Part shown: positions 7,992 to 18,116 of the stretch, piece by piece
How the letters are laid out: each line of letters starts with the position of its first letter
Position numbering within the stretch: position 1 is the first letter of the stretch
DNA from: Edaphobacter sp.
GTDB taxonomy: Bacteria > Acidobacteriota > Terriglobia > Terriglobales > Acidobacteriaceae
Direction of reading: 5' to 3'
NCBI GenBank assembly: GCA_035656355.1
Contig: DASRSR010000194.1
Coordinates: 2,691-66,690, forward strand
Length of the DNA stretch: 64,000 nucleotides
Notes under the pieces: model-generated
The model's input: only the letters and a program-made list of their open reading frames with translations
What the model was told of the DNA's origin: nothing
Database searches by the model: none
Translations under genes and position numbers: made by a program

Positions 7992-10900
7992 ATGATAAAA
8001 AACTGCAGAAGTAACGAATTGAGGCTGACGCGTGTTGTTCAGGTGGTATTCGGTCTGTGCTGCATCCTCATGGCGATTTATCCAGCCACCTGGGGTTATG
8101 GGCAGGAGTTTCGCGGCACGATAACAGGGGAAGTGACAGACCCGAGCGGCGCGGTCATTCCTAATGCAAAGGTAACGGCTGTCGGTCCACAGCAAACATA
8201 CCAGACGAAGACGACTTCAAAAGGTGACTTCACGATACCGCTGGTTCAGCCGGGGAGATACAACGTTGCCGTTGAAGCACCGGGATTTAAACGGACAGAG
8301 CAAAAGAACATCATCGTGGATGTATCGTCGAAGCTGAACCTTACGTTTGGACTAGAGATTGGAACTGACACGGAGACAGTTTCGGTTTCGGCGAATGCGG
8401 CTGAGATAAATACGACTGACGCTTCGGGCGGAACTGTTATTGATCCGGAGCAGGTGCAGAATCTTCCGCTGAATGGCCGGCAGATGTATTCGCTGCTGAC
8501 GCTGACGCCCGGTGTGAAGACGCCGGGGCCATCTCTGGGGCAGGCCGCGAGCGAGCTTAACAAATCGAACCAGTACTCGATTAATGGTCAATGGGGGAAC
8601 TACAACCAGTTCGCTCTGAACGGAGCGCCTGTTTCTCAACAGAATGGTGGTGGAGCAGGTACATGGAATATTTCGCCGAGTGTAGATGCAGTAGAAGAGT
8701 TCAAAGTAATGACGAACACCTACGACGCGCAATATGGCCGAACCAATGGTGGAACAGTCAACACGATTTTGAAGAGTGGCACGTCGCAATTCCACGGCAC
8801 TGCTTATGATTTCTGGCGCAATGCTGTTCTGGATGCAAACAGCTACGCTCTGGATCAGGCAGGGAAGCCGAAGCCGGGGCATAACCAGCACCAATTTGGA
8901 GGCACGCTGGGTGGACCTATCCTTGGTCTAGGCAAAAATACTTTTTTCTTTTTCAGCTATGAGGGATGGCGTGAAGCAGTCCCGAACCCAGTCTCGACGA
9001 CAACGATTACGCCGGATATGCTGCCCGGAAGTGATGGCAGCGTGAATCTGAGCGGCTATCTTGCCGGAACCGGAAAAACGGCGATCTACGATCCTTTGAC
9101 TACTCATTGCACTGTGCTGGGACAAAACCCATGTAGCCAGTACACACGCGATCCTTTTCCGGGAAATATTATTCCAGCCAATCGAATCAGCAAGGTTGGA
9201 GTGAATCTGCTGAAGCTTTTGCCGCTGGCGAATCGGCCAGGATATGCGAAGAACTACGTAGTATCTGCGCCAGGAAGGAATAGCTACAACCAGCCTATTG
9301 TTCGCATTGATCATAATTTCAGCGATGCAACCCGCGTTTATGGGATGTTCGCATGGTGGTCCGGAACTCAATATCTGAATTCATCGGGCTTTCCCGGAGC
9401 AGCAGGTTTTGGTAACACTTTCAATAACTATCAATCCAGCCTGACTCAGGTAATCGATGTTACGCATACCTTCCGTCCCAATCTATTTGCGGATATCCGG
9501 GTTTCTTATAACCGTGCCTACGATATGTTTCCGGATGGAGCTCAAGCTGCTGGTTTGAACACAGATATTACGCCGCAAAGCATTGGCTTGAACATGCCAG
9601 CCCTCCCCACAACCAGCCATAGTTATCTGCCTGAAATTCACAGCGATGATGGAGCATTGCCGAATTTTGTGGGTAATGTTGTCAATCCTTCAATCTTTGA
9701 GACGTATGACATTGCCCCATCTGTTACTCAGGTACTAGGTCCGACGACTCTGCATTATGGTGGCGAGATCTCCTGGTACCACGATGTTGCCAATGGAGTA
9801 AGACGTCCAAATGGTGGGTTCAATTTCGGGCCTGGGTTCACCCAGCAGAATCCAAGAGTAGCAAACAATGACGGTTCGACCATTGCGGGATTCCTGCTAG
9901 GTTATCCGTCGTGGGGCGGAGTTGAATACAACGATCCTACTTACGAGTCCTATAAGTCGTACGCTCTTTTCATCCAAGATGATTGGAAGGTCAACCATCG
10001 GCTTGCGCTTAATATAGGATTGCGTTTTGAGAATGAATTTTCACCGCGAGATCGGTGGGGCCGCTTGCAGGCAGGTATATGCCTAACTTGCACAAACCCA
10101 ATCAGCAGCTCAATGCCTTCAGTGACGCTGCCAAATGGAGCTCCGTTTGCAAACCCGATCCTTGCAGGCATGATGTTCCAGAAAGATCGCTCTCCGTACC
10201 AGAACACATGGGGCATTTTGCTTCCGAAATTTGGTGCTTCATATAGCCTTACCAATAATCTGGTAGTGCGTGGAGGATGGGGACTCTTTCGCGCGCTCGG
10301 CTTCGAACTCGGTGGCACTTCAACCTGGGATACAACTACCAGCTACATCACCTCATTCGACGACGGGCTGACTCCTAATGCTGCATTCAATACTGGAACG
10401 CCTTTTCCGAACGGATTCAGCACTCCTCCGGGCGACTCGCAAGGACTGGCTTCAGGAGATGGCGATGGTATCTGGGAAGATAGCTGGCATCGTAAGATTC
10501 CATATACGCAGCAGTTTTCGTTCGGATTCCAAGGTGGAGCGCCACTGGGGATCGTATGGGATGTCGAGTATGTGGGAGCTCGCACTGATGCACTTCGTGC
10601 AGGTCTACAGCGCGACAGTCTGACTCCAGCGCAATTTGCTCAGGGACACGACAATCCAGCATATCTCGACCAGATGGTTGCGAACCCATTCTATGGCTTA
10701 CCGCTCATTCCTGCTACTTCCTACCTGGGATCGCATCCCACAGTTCCAGTTCGAGAGATGATGGTGCCTTATCCACAATACGATAGCGCCTACGGTCCAG
10801 AGCTTTATGAATGGAACACACCGCAGGGCTACAGTAACTACAACTCCATGATTGCCAAAGCAGAGAAGCGGTTTTCCGGATCAGGTCTGCTTAGCAACGG

Positions 10901-11591
10901 ACTAAGTTTTACTACTGCATTTACATGGTCAAAATTGATGAGCGCAACAGGGCGTTTGAATAATGGGCTGCTTGCTGATCCTAAGCCTTTCTATGGGATT
11001 GATGGCACAGATCGCGCGATCTTATTCAGTTTTGCTGGCCTATACCGGCTTCCCTTCGGAACGGGAGGGATGTTTTTAAAAGACGCTCATGGGCTTCTGG
11101 GACAATTTGTTAATGGCTGGCAACTGAACTGGATATTCAATAACCAGACAGGAACGCCAGTGTCCTATCCCAATAACTATGTTTATACCTGTGGCAACTA
11201 CAATATTCGGCCGGCTCATAAGAGTTGGGGAAGCTATCTTAATAACTCGAGCCCGCAGTGTTTTACAGGATTCCCGGAATATACCGCGGTCACCCGCAAG
11301 CCACTCTCTATTGCAGTCCGCAATCCGTGGGCTCAGCAAACACAATTGGCCGTGCAGAAAGCGTTTCCAATTGCCGAGACTGTCAAACTGCAGTTTCGTG
11401 CTGAGGCTTTCAACATGACAAATACGCCAATCTTCAATGGTCCGGATACAAGCAACCCAAATTCATTGGTTCAGCGGCATAGCAATATTGAGGCAGATCA
11501 ACCGGGTGCATACACGGGCTATGGAACAGTCGATAACAACACGCAGAACAGTCCACGACAGTTGCAGTTGTCTCTGAAGATACTGTTCTAA
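7992..11591 (+). CDS. TonB-dependent receptor, Oar-like, with N-terminal carboxypeptidase-regulatory-like domain
   Basis: FRGTITGEVTDPSGAVIP, NLPLNGR, SVDAVEEFKVMTNTYDAQYG, C-terminal PRQLQLSLKILF. Confidence 0.93.
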   Translation: MIKNCRSNELRLTRVVQVVFGLCCILMAIYPATWGYGQEFRGTITGEVTDPSGAVIPNAKVTAVGPQQTYQTKTTSKGDFTIPLVQPGRYNVAVEAPGFKRTEQKNIIVDVSSKLNLTFGLEIGTDTETVSVSANAAEINTTDASGGTVIDPEQVQNLPLNGRQMYSLLTLTPGVKTPGPSLGQAASELNKSNQYSINGQWGNYNQFALNGAPVSQQNGGGAGTWNISPSVDAVEEFKVMTNTYDAQYGRTNGGTVNTILKSGTSQFHGTAYDFWRNAVLDANSYALDQAGKPKPGHNQHQFGGTLGGPILGLGKNTFFFFSYEGWREAVPNPVSTTTITPDMLPGSDGSVNLSGYLAGTGKTAIYDPLTTHCTVLGQNPCSQYTRDPFPGNIIPANRISKVGVNLLKLLPLANRPGYAKNYVVSAPGRNSYNQPIVRIDHNFSDATRVYGMFAWWSGTQYLNSSGFPGAAGFGNTFNNYQSSLTQVIDVTHTFRPNLFADIRVSYNRAYDMFPDGAQAAGLNTDITPQSIGLNMPALPTTSHSYLPEIHSDDGALPNFVGNVVNPSIFETYDIAPSVTQVLGPTTLHYGGEISWYHDVANGVRRPNGGFNFGPGFTQQNPRVANNDGSTIAGFLLGYPSWGGVEYNDPTYESYKSYALFIQDDWKVNHRLALNIGLRFENEFSPRDRWGRLQAGICLTCTNPISSSMPSVTLPNGAPFANPILAGMMFQKDRSPYQNTWGILLPKFGASYSLTNNLVVRGGWGLFRALGFELGGTSTWDTTTSYITSFDDGLTPNAAFNTGTPFPNGFSTPPGDSQGLASGDGDGIWEDSWHRKIPYTQQFSFGFQGGAPLGIVWDVEYVGARTDALRAGLQRDSLTPAQFAQGHDNPAYLDQMVANPFYGLPLIPATSYLGSHPTVPVREMMVPYPQYDSAYGPELYEWNTPQGYSNYNSMIAKAEKRFSGSGLLSNGLSFTTAFTWSKLMSATGRLNNGLLADPKPFYGIDGTDRAILFSFAGLYRLPFGTGGMFLKDAHGLLGQFVNGWQLNWIFNNQTGTPVSYPNNYVYTCGNYNIRPAHKSWGSYLNNSSPQCFTGFPEYTAVTRKPLSIAVRNPWAQQTQLAVQKAFPIAETVKLQFRAEAFNMTNTPIFNGPDTSNPNSLVQRHSNIEADQPGAYTGYGTVDNNTQNSPRQLQLSLKILF

Positions 11592-11744
11592 TGCCCGTTG
11601 TCTGGTGGAGTGTGCATCGCACTCCGCCAAGCAATTCACAAAACGATTTTGGGCTATGTGTAGCCAAGTCTTCGTGCGAAATACTATGATCGGTCAGTTG
11701 CACCGCTGCGTGCTTACGACAATATGCATTGACCCGGAGTCTCA

Positions 11745-13091
11745 GTGCTTAAGATGTTGAATCGTTATGGAATAAACCGCACTCTGGCAGTTACGGTACT
11801 GGCGACTTCCTTGTGCGGTCTTTTGTTTGGGTACGATATCGGTGCACTTTCGAGCTCGGTGCCAGGTTTGACTTTGGAGTTCTCTCTTTCTTCTTCTATG
11901 CTCGGCTTTGCGATGGCGGCGTCTTTGGTTGGCACAATTTTGGGATCGATATTTTCGGGCGTTGCCACCGATATTCTTGATCGCCATCACGTTTTGTGCA
12001 TTGCTGGGTTCGCTTATGTCTTAGGGATGCTCGGTGCAGCCTGCGCGCACAGTATCACTTCTTTCATAGGTTTTCGGCTCTTATGCGGGATCGTGATTGG
12101 GGTTATCACCGTAGTTGCGCCGATGTATCTCGCAGAGGTTTCTCCATCGTACCTGCGTGGATTTCTGGTAGGGAGCTTTCAATTCAATATAAGTATTGGA
12201 GTTGCTCTCGCCTTTATATCTGGATTTATTTTGTCGCGATACGCTGCAACTGATCTGGCGTGGAGATATATGCTGGCCGGAGGAGCCGTTCCTGCATTTT
12301 TCTGTGGCGTTTTGCTGATCGGGTCTTCTCCAAGCCCCAGATGGTTGGTTCTAAAAGGTCGCCTGTCGGAAGCTCAGAGAGTAATTGGCGAGTTGGGATT
12401 TCCTGATCCAAAGAACGATTACGAAAATTTAATATTGTCTCTTCGTCATTTTGGATCTTCAGATGAAGCGACGTTATTTTCTCGAAGGTATGCTCGGCCT
12501 ATCTTTCTGGCAGTGAGTATTGCTGTTTTTAATCAACTCACAGGTGTTAATGCGCTTCTTTACTATGTGCTCAACGTGTTTCAAGAACTAGGCGGAGGAC
12601 GCTTGAATGGCCGTGAGGATGCCATCCTGATTGCCTGCCTGGGACTTGTCGTGACTGTTGCAGCGATCTCGATGATTGATAGAGTCGGCCGTAAGCCATT
12701 GCTTTTGGCGGGAGCAGCAGGAATGGGGCTTTGCCTGATGCTTTTACCTGTTATTCACCGGATGCATTGGCCAATTTCGATCGTAGTTATTGTGCTGCTT
12801 TGCTACAACGCATTTTTCGGCTTTTCCCAGGGATCGATTATCTGGGTCTATCTTAGCGAGATATTTCCGCTTCCGGTTCGCGCGCGCGGGCAAAGCCTGG
12901 GAAGTACAGTCCACTGGGTAACAAATGCTCTTGTCGTTGCTGCTTTTCCGACGGCAACAAGTATACTGGGCGGAAAAATATTTTATGTTTTCGCCTCTCT
13001 GATGGCCCTTCAGTTTCTGACAATCCTTTTTGTTTATCCGGAAACGAAGTGCGTCAGTCTGGAGACATTGGCTTCAGAAATGAGTCACTAA
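11745..13091 (+). CDS. MFS sugar porter
   Basis: GLLFGYDIG, PMYLAEVSP, QLTGVN, WVYLSEIFP, PETK. Confidence 0.92.
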   Translation: MLKMLNRYGINRTLAVTVLATSLCGLLFGYDIGALSSSVPGLTLEFSLSSSMLGFAMAASLVGTILGSIFSGVATDILDRHHVLCIAGFAYVLGMLGAACAHSITSFIGFRLLCGIVIGVITVVAPMYLAEVSPSYLRGFLVGSFQFNISIGVALAFISGFILSRYAATDLAWRYMLAGGAVPAFFCGVLLIGSSPSPRWLVLKGRLSEAQRVIGELGFPDPKNDYENLILSLRHFGSSDEATLFSRRYARPIFLAVSIAVFNQLTGVNALLYYVLNVFQELGGGRLNGREDAILIACLGLVVTVAAISMIDRVGRKPLLLAGAAGMGLCLMLLPVIHRMHWPISIVVIVLLCYNAFFGFSQGSIIWVYLSEIFPLPVRARGQSLGSTVHWVTNALVVAAFPTATSILGGKIFYVFASLMALQFLTILFVYPETKCVSLETLASEMSH

Positions 13092-13108
13092 ACGCCTTGG
13101 AAAAGAGT

Positions 13109-14137
13109 ATGAAATTGTCGAACCGAAATGGTTCTATCACCCTTGTCGATGTTGCGCGTGCTGCGGGGGTTTCTCTTAAGACCGCATCTCGTGTTTTGAA
13201 CGAATCGTCGGAGCTACGGCCGGAGACGGCCGCTCGCGTTCGCGAAGCCATGAATAAGCTGGGTTATCAGCCAAATGAAATGGCCCGCGGGCTGAAGGCT
13301 AAACGCTCGGTTGCGATTGCGATGATTGCGCCCAATTTGGCGGACCCGTTTACTGCAACTGCGGTGCAAGCTGTTCAGGATGTTGCTCGGGAGCATGGGC
13401 ACGTGGTCATTATGGCAACATCTGGCGGCGATGTTGCACTGGAAGAATCGGAGCTTCGTGCAATGGCAAGGCGACAGATCGATGGCGTCGTCCTAATTGC
13501 AGCAAGCAGTAATGAGAGTAGCCTGAAGTTATTTCAGGCAAATGAAGTTCCGGTTGTGGTCTTTGATGAACCTATCTGTGGTGAAGATATAGATACGATT
13601 ACAGTGACGAATCGAAAAAGTGCTTATGAGGCGACTGAGCATTTGTTGAAGCATGGTAACCGCAAAATTCTAGCAGTGGGTGCGAGGCCCCATCTATTTA
13701 CATGTGCAGAACGAGTGGCAGGCTACCGAGCGGCGGTGAAGAAATCGGGTGCTCATCCCGTCGAGTTACTTGTGCAGCACGAAAAAGAACTTACCGCAGA
13801 AATTCTCGCTCCATTTGTCTCCGGTGCAGACAGCGTAGATGCCATCTTTAGTCTTAATTGGGTTTGCACAATGCTGGTTTTACGCGGTCTCAATGCGCTG
13901 AAGAAACGTATTCCAAAAGATCTTGCTTTTATATCTTTTGACGACTTTGAACTGGCAGAATTAATTCCTCCGGGATTAACCGTGGTGCGCCAACCGACGC
14001 GTGAGATGGGACATAGAGCCGCGAAATTACTCTTCGAAAATATAGAGGGGAAGAAACAGTCACCACGCAATATTGTTCTTAATACCGAATTGATCGTTCG
14101 TGGATCCTGCGGATGCAAAGCTAAAAATCATGCATGA
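13109..14137 (+). CDS. LacI-family transcriptional regulator
   Basis: TLVDVARAAGVSLKTASRVLN HTH, hinge ARGLK, SFDD, PGLTVVRQP. Start set to ATG 13109. Confidence 0.95.
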   Translation: MKLSNRNGSITLVDVARAAGVSLKTASRVLNESSELRPETAARVREAMNKLGYQPNEMARGLKAKRSVAIAMIAPNLADPFTATAVQAVQDVAREHGHVVIMATSGGDVALEESELRAMARRQIDGVVLIAASSNESSLKLFQANEVPVVVFDEPICGEDIDTITVTNRKSAYEATEHLLKHGNRKILAVGARPHLFTCAERVAGYRAAVKKSGAHPVELLVQHEKELTAEILAPFVSGADSVDAIFSLNWVCTMLVLRGLNALKKRIPKDLAFISFDDFELAELIPPGLTVVRQPTREMGHRAAKLLFENIEGKKQSPRNIVLNTELIVRGSCGCKAKNHA

Positions 14138-14157
14138 ACTTTGGCTGGAAGGGTAAT

Positions 14158-14328
14158 CTAATCCTGTTTTGTTGCGCTGCTAATTTTTTCCTGTCTGTTT
14201 GCATCGGCATCCTTAACAACAGCATCCATTTCCTGCTGTTCCTCTAGTTCTTCCTGTGCCGCTTCAATGTTGTCGATTCGTTCCCTTATGCTGTCCAAAG
14301 TGTCGGGTGGATTTGTATTGTCATGCAT
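14158..14328 (-). CDS. Small acidic hypothetical protein (56 aa, absent from the ORF track)
   Basis: MHDNTNPPDTLDSIRERIDNIEAAQEELEEQQEMDAVVKDADANRQEKISSATKQD; AGGAG upstream. Confidence 0.55.
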   Translation of the reverse strand: MHDNTNPPDTLDSIRERIDNIEAAQEELEEQQEMDAVVKDADANRQEKISSATKQD

Positions 14329-14537
14329 AGCTCATTCTCCTGCACAAATCTTATGCCGAATATTTGATTCCGGCAGAGAATAAAGATCATTCATTTAGAG
14401 ATTGCTGCCCAGCCTCGATCTGAACGCATTTCGAAACGTAGAGATAAGCATTAGTCCTTTTTGAGCAGGGGATCGAGAACATTTCGTGCAAAATGTTTGC
14501 TTAGACATTTTGTGCAATTTGAGCCAAGGAGAACTTA

Positions 14538-16085
14538 ATGAACCGACGTGAACTTATTCGTTCAACGCTGCTGGCCGCCGGTGCCATGACGACGCGTGGA
14601 GCGCTGGCACAAGAGGTAATGCCATCTCATGGCAAACGCAGCTTTCCTTCGCCGCCGCGGCAAACCGATGGCGAGCGTATGCCGAACGTGCTCTGGATTG
14701 TTACCGATCAACAACGCGCTGACACGATTGCCGGATTGGGTAACTCCGCCATCCGCACGCCAAATTTAGATAAGCTCCTGAGCGAGTCAGTAACCTTTAC
14801 CAATGCATTTGTGCAGTGCCCCATCTGTTCGCCATCGCGCGCGAGCTTTCTCTCCGGACGCTATCCGCACACTACTGGGTTGCGTGCCAATGGCCAGCGA
14901 ATTCGCGCGACGGAAAAGCTGGTGACCAGGATTCTTGCCGATCAGCACTATACCTGTGGCCTCGCCGGCAAGCTGCATCTTTCTCCCTGTGCCGGAGGCC
15001 GTGTCGAAAACCGCATTGACGATGGATACGACATCTTTGAGTGGAGCCACGATATTAGTGATCAGTGGCCTGGCAAAAACCAGTGGTACAACTGGCTGGA
15101 TAAAAACAACGTAAAAATTCCCCCTCCTCCGGCCCACAGTGAGACCTGGGGAATGCCTATTGATCCCAAATATTCGCAGACGGCATGGTGCTCTGATCGG
15201 GCGATCGCCTTCATGCGTGCGCAGAAGCAGTTCAATCCGTGGTTGATGTCGGTGAATATCTTTCAGCCGCATCATCCCTTCTGGCCGACTGCGGATTATC
15301 TAAGTCGCTATGATCCAGCTAAAATGCCACAGCCTGCATATCACGAAGGCGAGCTGGAAAATAAGCCGATTTTCCAGCGGGTGGATCACACCGGCGCATA
15401 CGGTCATACCGCTATCTCCTTTGCCAAACTGGATGACTTGGGACATCGCAAGGTGACGGCTGCCTATTATGCGATGATCGAGCAGGTAGATACAGAAGTT
15501 GGCCGCATGATGAAGGCGCTGGAGGACAGCGGCCAGCTTGACGATACGATCGTCATCTTTATGAGTGACCACGGCGAGATGCTCGGCGATCACGGGTTTT
15601 ATCTCAAAGGGCCTTATTTCTACGATTGCTTGACACGAGTGCCGCTCATCATTCGTTGGCCTAAGAAGTACAAGCAGGGCATCAAGGTGAACGCGATGGT
15701 TGAGCTGTTGGACCTTGCACCTACTCTACTGGATGCTGCTGGTCTTCCTGTTCCGCCGGGAATGCAGGGCCGTTCGCTGACACCGCTTTTGACAGGCGCT
15801 ACAACGAAGCATCGGGATTCGGTCTATACGGAATACTTCGATGCCAACGCGCTATATGATCCGCCGCCCATGGCATCCTGCGTCCGGACGGAGAAGTACA
15901 AGCTGTCGTACTACAACAACATCTCTACAGGCGAGTTATACGATCTGGAAAAAGACCCAGGCGAATTCCACAACTTATGGAACTCCTCATCACATAAAGA
16001 TGTTCAGGCTGAGATGATGCAGCGCCTGGTTGCACGCATGATCGAGACTGTCGATCCGCTGCCGGAGAGAGTCTCCGCATGGTAG
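14538..16085 (+). CDS. Cys-type sulfatase (S1 family), Tat-exported
   Basis: MNRRELIRS Tat motif, TDQQR, CSPSRASFLSG, GKLH, SDHGEMLGDHG. Confidence 0.93.
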   Translation: MNRRELIRSTLLAAGAMTTRGALAQEVMPSHGKRSFPSPPRQTDGERMPNVLWIVTDQQRADTIAGLGNSAIRTPNLDKLLSESVTFTNAFVQCPICSPSRASFLSGRYPHTTGLRANGQRIRATEKLVTRILADQHYTCGLAGKLHLSPCAGGRVENRIDDGYDIFEWSHDISDQWPGKNQWYNWLDKNNVKIPPPPAHSETWGMPIDPKYSQTAWCSDRAIAFMRAQKQFNPWLMSVNIFQPHHPFWPTADYLSRYDPAKMPQPAYHEGELENKPIFQRVDHTGAYGHTAISFAKLDDLGHRKVTAAYYAMIEQVDTEVGRMMKALEDSGQLDDTIVIFMSDHGEMLGDHGFYLKGPYFYDCLTRVPLIIRWPKKYKQGIKVNAMVELLDLAPTLLDAAGLPVPPGMQGRSLTPLLTGATTKHRDSVYTEYFDANALYDPPPMASCVRTEKYKLSYYNNISTGELYDLEKDPGEFHNLWNSSSHKDVQAEMMQRLVARMIETVDPLPERVSAW

Positions 16086-16160
16086 TGGCTAAAAAATGAG
16101 TGCAGGGAATGGTGCTATTCACGGCTGAGATACTCGCGCACTGAATCTCTGCACCCATTT

Positions 16161-17798
16161 TTATGGGATGAATGCTTCCGGAGCGGAGCTATGACGATAT
16201 GGCGCATACCAGTTATGTTGCTTCGACCACTTCGTCTGGTACTTTGTGTTTTGCGGTCCAGTGGGAAGGCTGTCCTGGCAGCGGATCGTCCACATCAACA
16301 GCTCAGCCATTAGGCGCGCTTGGTCTGCAGCAACCGAGGGATGTCCAAAAAGATTTTTCAATTCGCAGGGGTCAGAGGCAAGATGATAAAGCTGACCATA
16401 GCCCATCATGTCGTAGATTAACTTCCAGTCACCCATGCGAACCATCTTCATGTTGCCGCTTTGGGTAACTTTGTTTAGTTCATCCCAGGAGAAAGAATCC
16501 TGCCGCTTATGTTCGGCGATAGTATAAGGAATATGATCAGATTCTTCATAGTAGAGTCCGCCTAACCCTACACCGGAGTAGATGCTGCGAAATTCTTCGC
16601 GAGGATAATTCTCACCCTGAAGCAACGGCCACAGGCTTCTTCCCTGGACGCCATTCGGAATCTCGGCTCCCATCACTTCGCATAGGGTCGGCATTACATC
16701 AGCCATAGAAACGAACGCTGAGGTCGAGACGCTGGATGGCTTGATTCCATAGCCGGACCACACCATTGGAATTCGCGTAAGTGATTCCGGCAGGCCGACG
16801 CCCTTGCGACCGAGGCCATAATCCATTAAATAGTCACCGTGATCGGCAAGGTAGACGATCACCGTATTCTTGAGGAGATCTTTTTGCTTCATGTGATTGA
16901 CCAATCGCGTTAGTTGGTCATCAAGCAGACGCAGCATGCCCAGATAATTGGATTTGTAACGTCGCCATTTTTCTTCTGTCAGAGGGAAAGCGCTCTGCTG
17001 CAGGCCATAAAGCCATTGAGCGCGATAGCCAAGATTTTTGAGCGCTTCAGGCCCAGCACAGCGGCCGGGTACCTGTTCGGGCGGAAACATATTCCAGTAC
17101 GGGGCAGGAACCTGCTCAGGATCATGTGGCTCTGGGAATCCTACCTGAAGAATAAAAGGCTGACTTCCGGCCTGCTCCATGAACTCGATAGCATCAGAGA
17201 CAATGCGATAGGGAATCTGGGTTTCAAGCGGAAACGGAGTGGGTCCTTCCGCGACATTGAAGGCAAGTTTTTTCAGCCACTCTTCATATTCGGTGATTTC
17301 CTTCGGGGCATTCGGCTCTTTATAGCCTCCGCCGTGCATGTATTCTCGCCAGAAATCGAGTCGCTCCGGTTTCAGATAAGTGTGGTTCTTCCCTGCGAGT
17401 CCGGTCCGGTATCCCTGGTCTTTTGCAACCTGGTAGAGATCTTTTTCAAAGAAGGCGGCCTCTGGATCAAGATTCATTCGGACACGGTGCGCTTCAGGCC
17501 AACGCCCGGTCAGCATACTGATACGGCTGGGAACACACAGAGGCGTCGTGCAATAGGCGCGGTTGAAGGCGACACCTTGGTCCGAGAGAGCATCAAGCGT
17601 TGGGCTGGTATCCAGCGGATAGCCTGAGCGTTTGGTCAAGCCGGCGCGATGCTGGTCTGAAACTATAAAAACAATATTGGGTTTGCTTGCGGATACCGGT
17701 TCAGCAGAAGGTGCCGCCAGCGCGTTTTGTTCCAGAGTTGGGACAGCTGCGCCGATTACGCCCAAAGATGCAGTTTTCAGAAAACTTCTACGCTCCAT
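16161..17798 (-). CDS. Cys-type sulfatase (S1 family), Tat-exported
   Basis: MERRSFLK Tat motif, SDQHR, CVPSRISMLTG, GKNH, ADHGD. Confidence 0.93.
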   Translation of the reverse strand: MERRSFLKTASLGVIGAAVPTLEQNALAAPSAEPVSASKPNIVFIVSDQHRAGLTKRSGYPLDTSPTLDALSDQGVAFNRAYCTTPLCVPSRISMLTGRWPEAHRVRMNLDPEAAFFEKDLYQVAKDQGYRTGLAGKNHTYLKPERLDFWREYMHGGGYKEPNAPKEITEYEEWLKKLAFNVAEGPTPFPLETQIPYRIVSDAIEFMEQAGSQPFILQVGFPEPHDPEQVPAPYWNMFPPEQVPGRCAGPEALKNLGYRAQWLYGLQQSAFPLTEEKWRRYKSNYLGMLRLLDDQLTRLVNHMKQKDLLKNTVIVYLADHGDYLMDYGLGRKGVGLPESLTRIPMVWSGYGIKPSSVSTSAFVSMADVMPTLCEVMGAEIPNGVQGRSLWPLLQGENYPREEFRSIYSGVGLGGLYYEESDHIPYTIAEHKRQDSFSWDELNKVTQSGNMKMVRMGDWKLIYDMMGYGQLYHLASDPCELKNLFGHPSVAADQARLMAELLMWTIRCQDSLPTGPQNTKYQTKWSKQHNWYAPYRHSSAPEAFIP

Positions 17799-18116
17799 AA
17801 ATAGTGCTCCCGTGAGGATTCATTTCTGCGTCGCAAAATAGGTAATCATGAGAAATCTGAGAATACGAGGGAGATCACCATTTAAAGGTTGTAGGTATTG
17901 ATATTTGATGAATGATTTTATTGCTACCTTTTAGATTGAGCGAAAGTATAGTGCAGACCAGTGTTAGATGGGTTATCGGAGGAAGATCAAAGAATACTAT
18001 AGACTTCAATCCATCGCATGATATCCCGTTCACGCCCATGCATCTTTCGACCTAAAAGAGCCACGGGGGATGTCCCAATCGGGGGAAACACTCGGACGGA
18101 TTGACGTGCTTCACGA

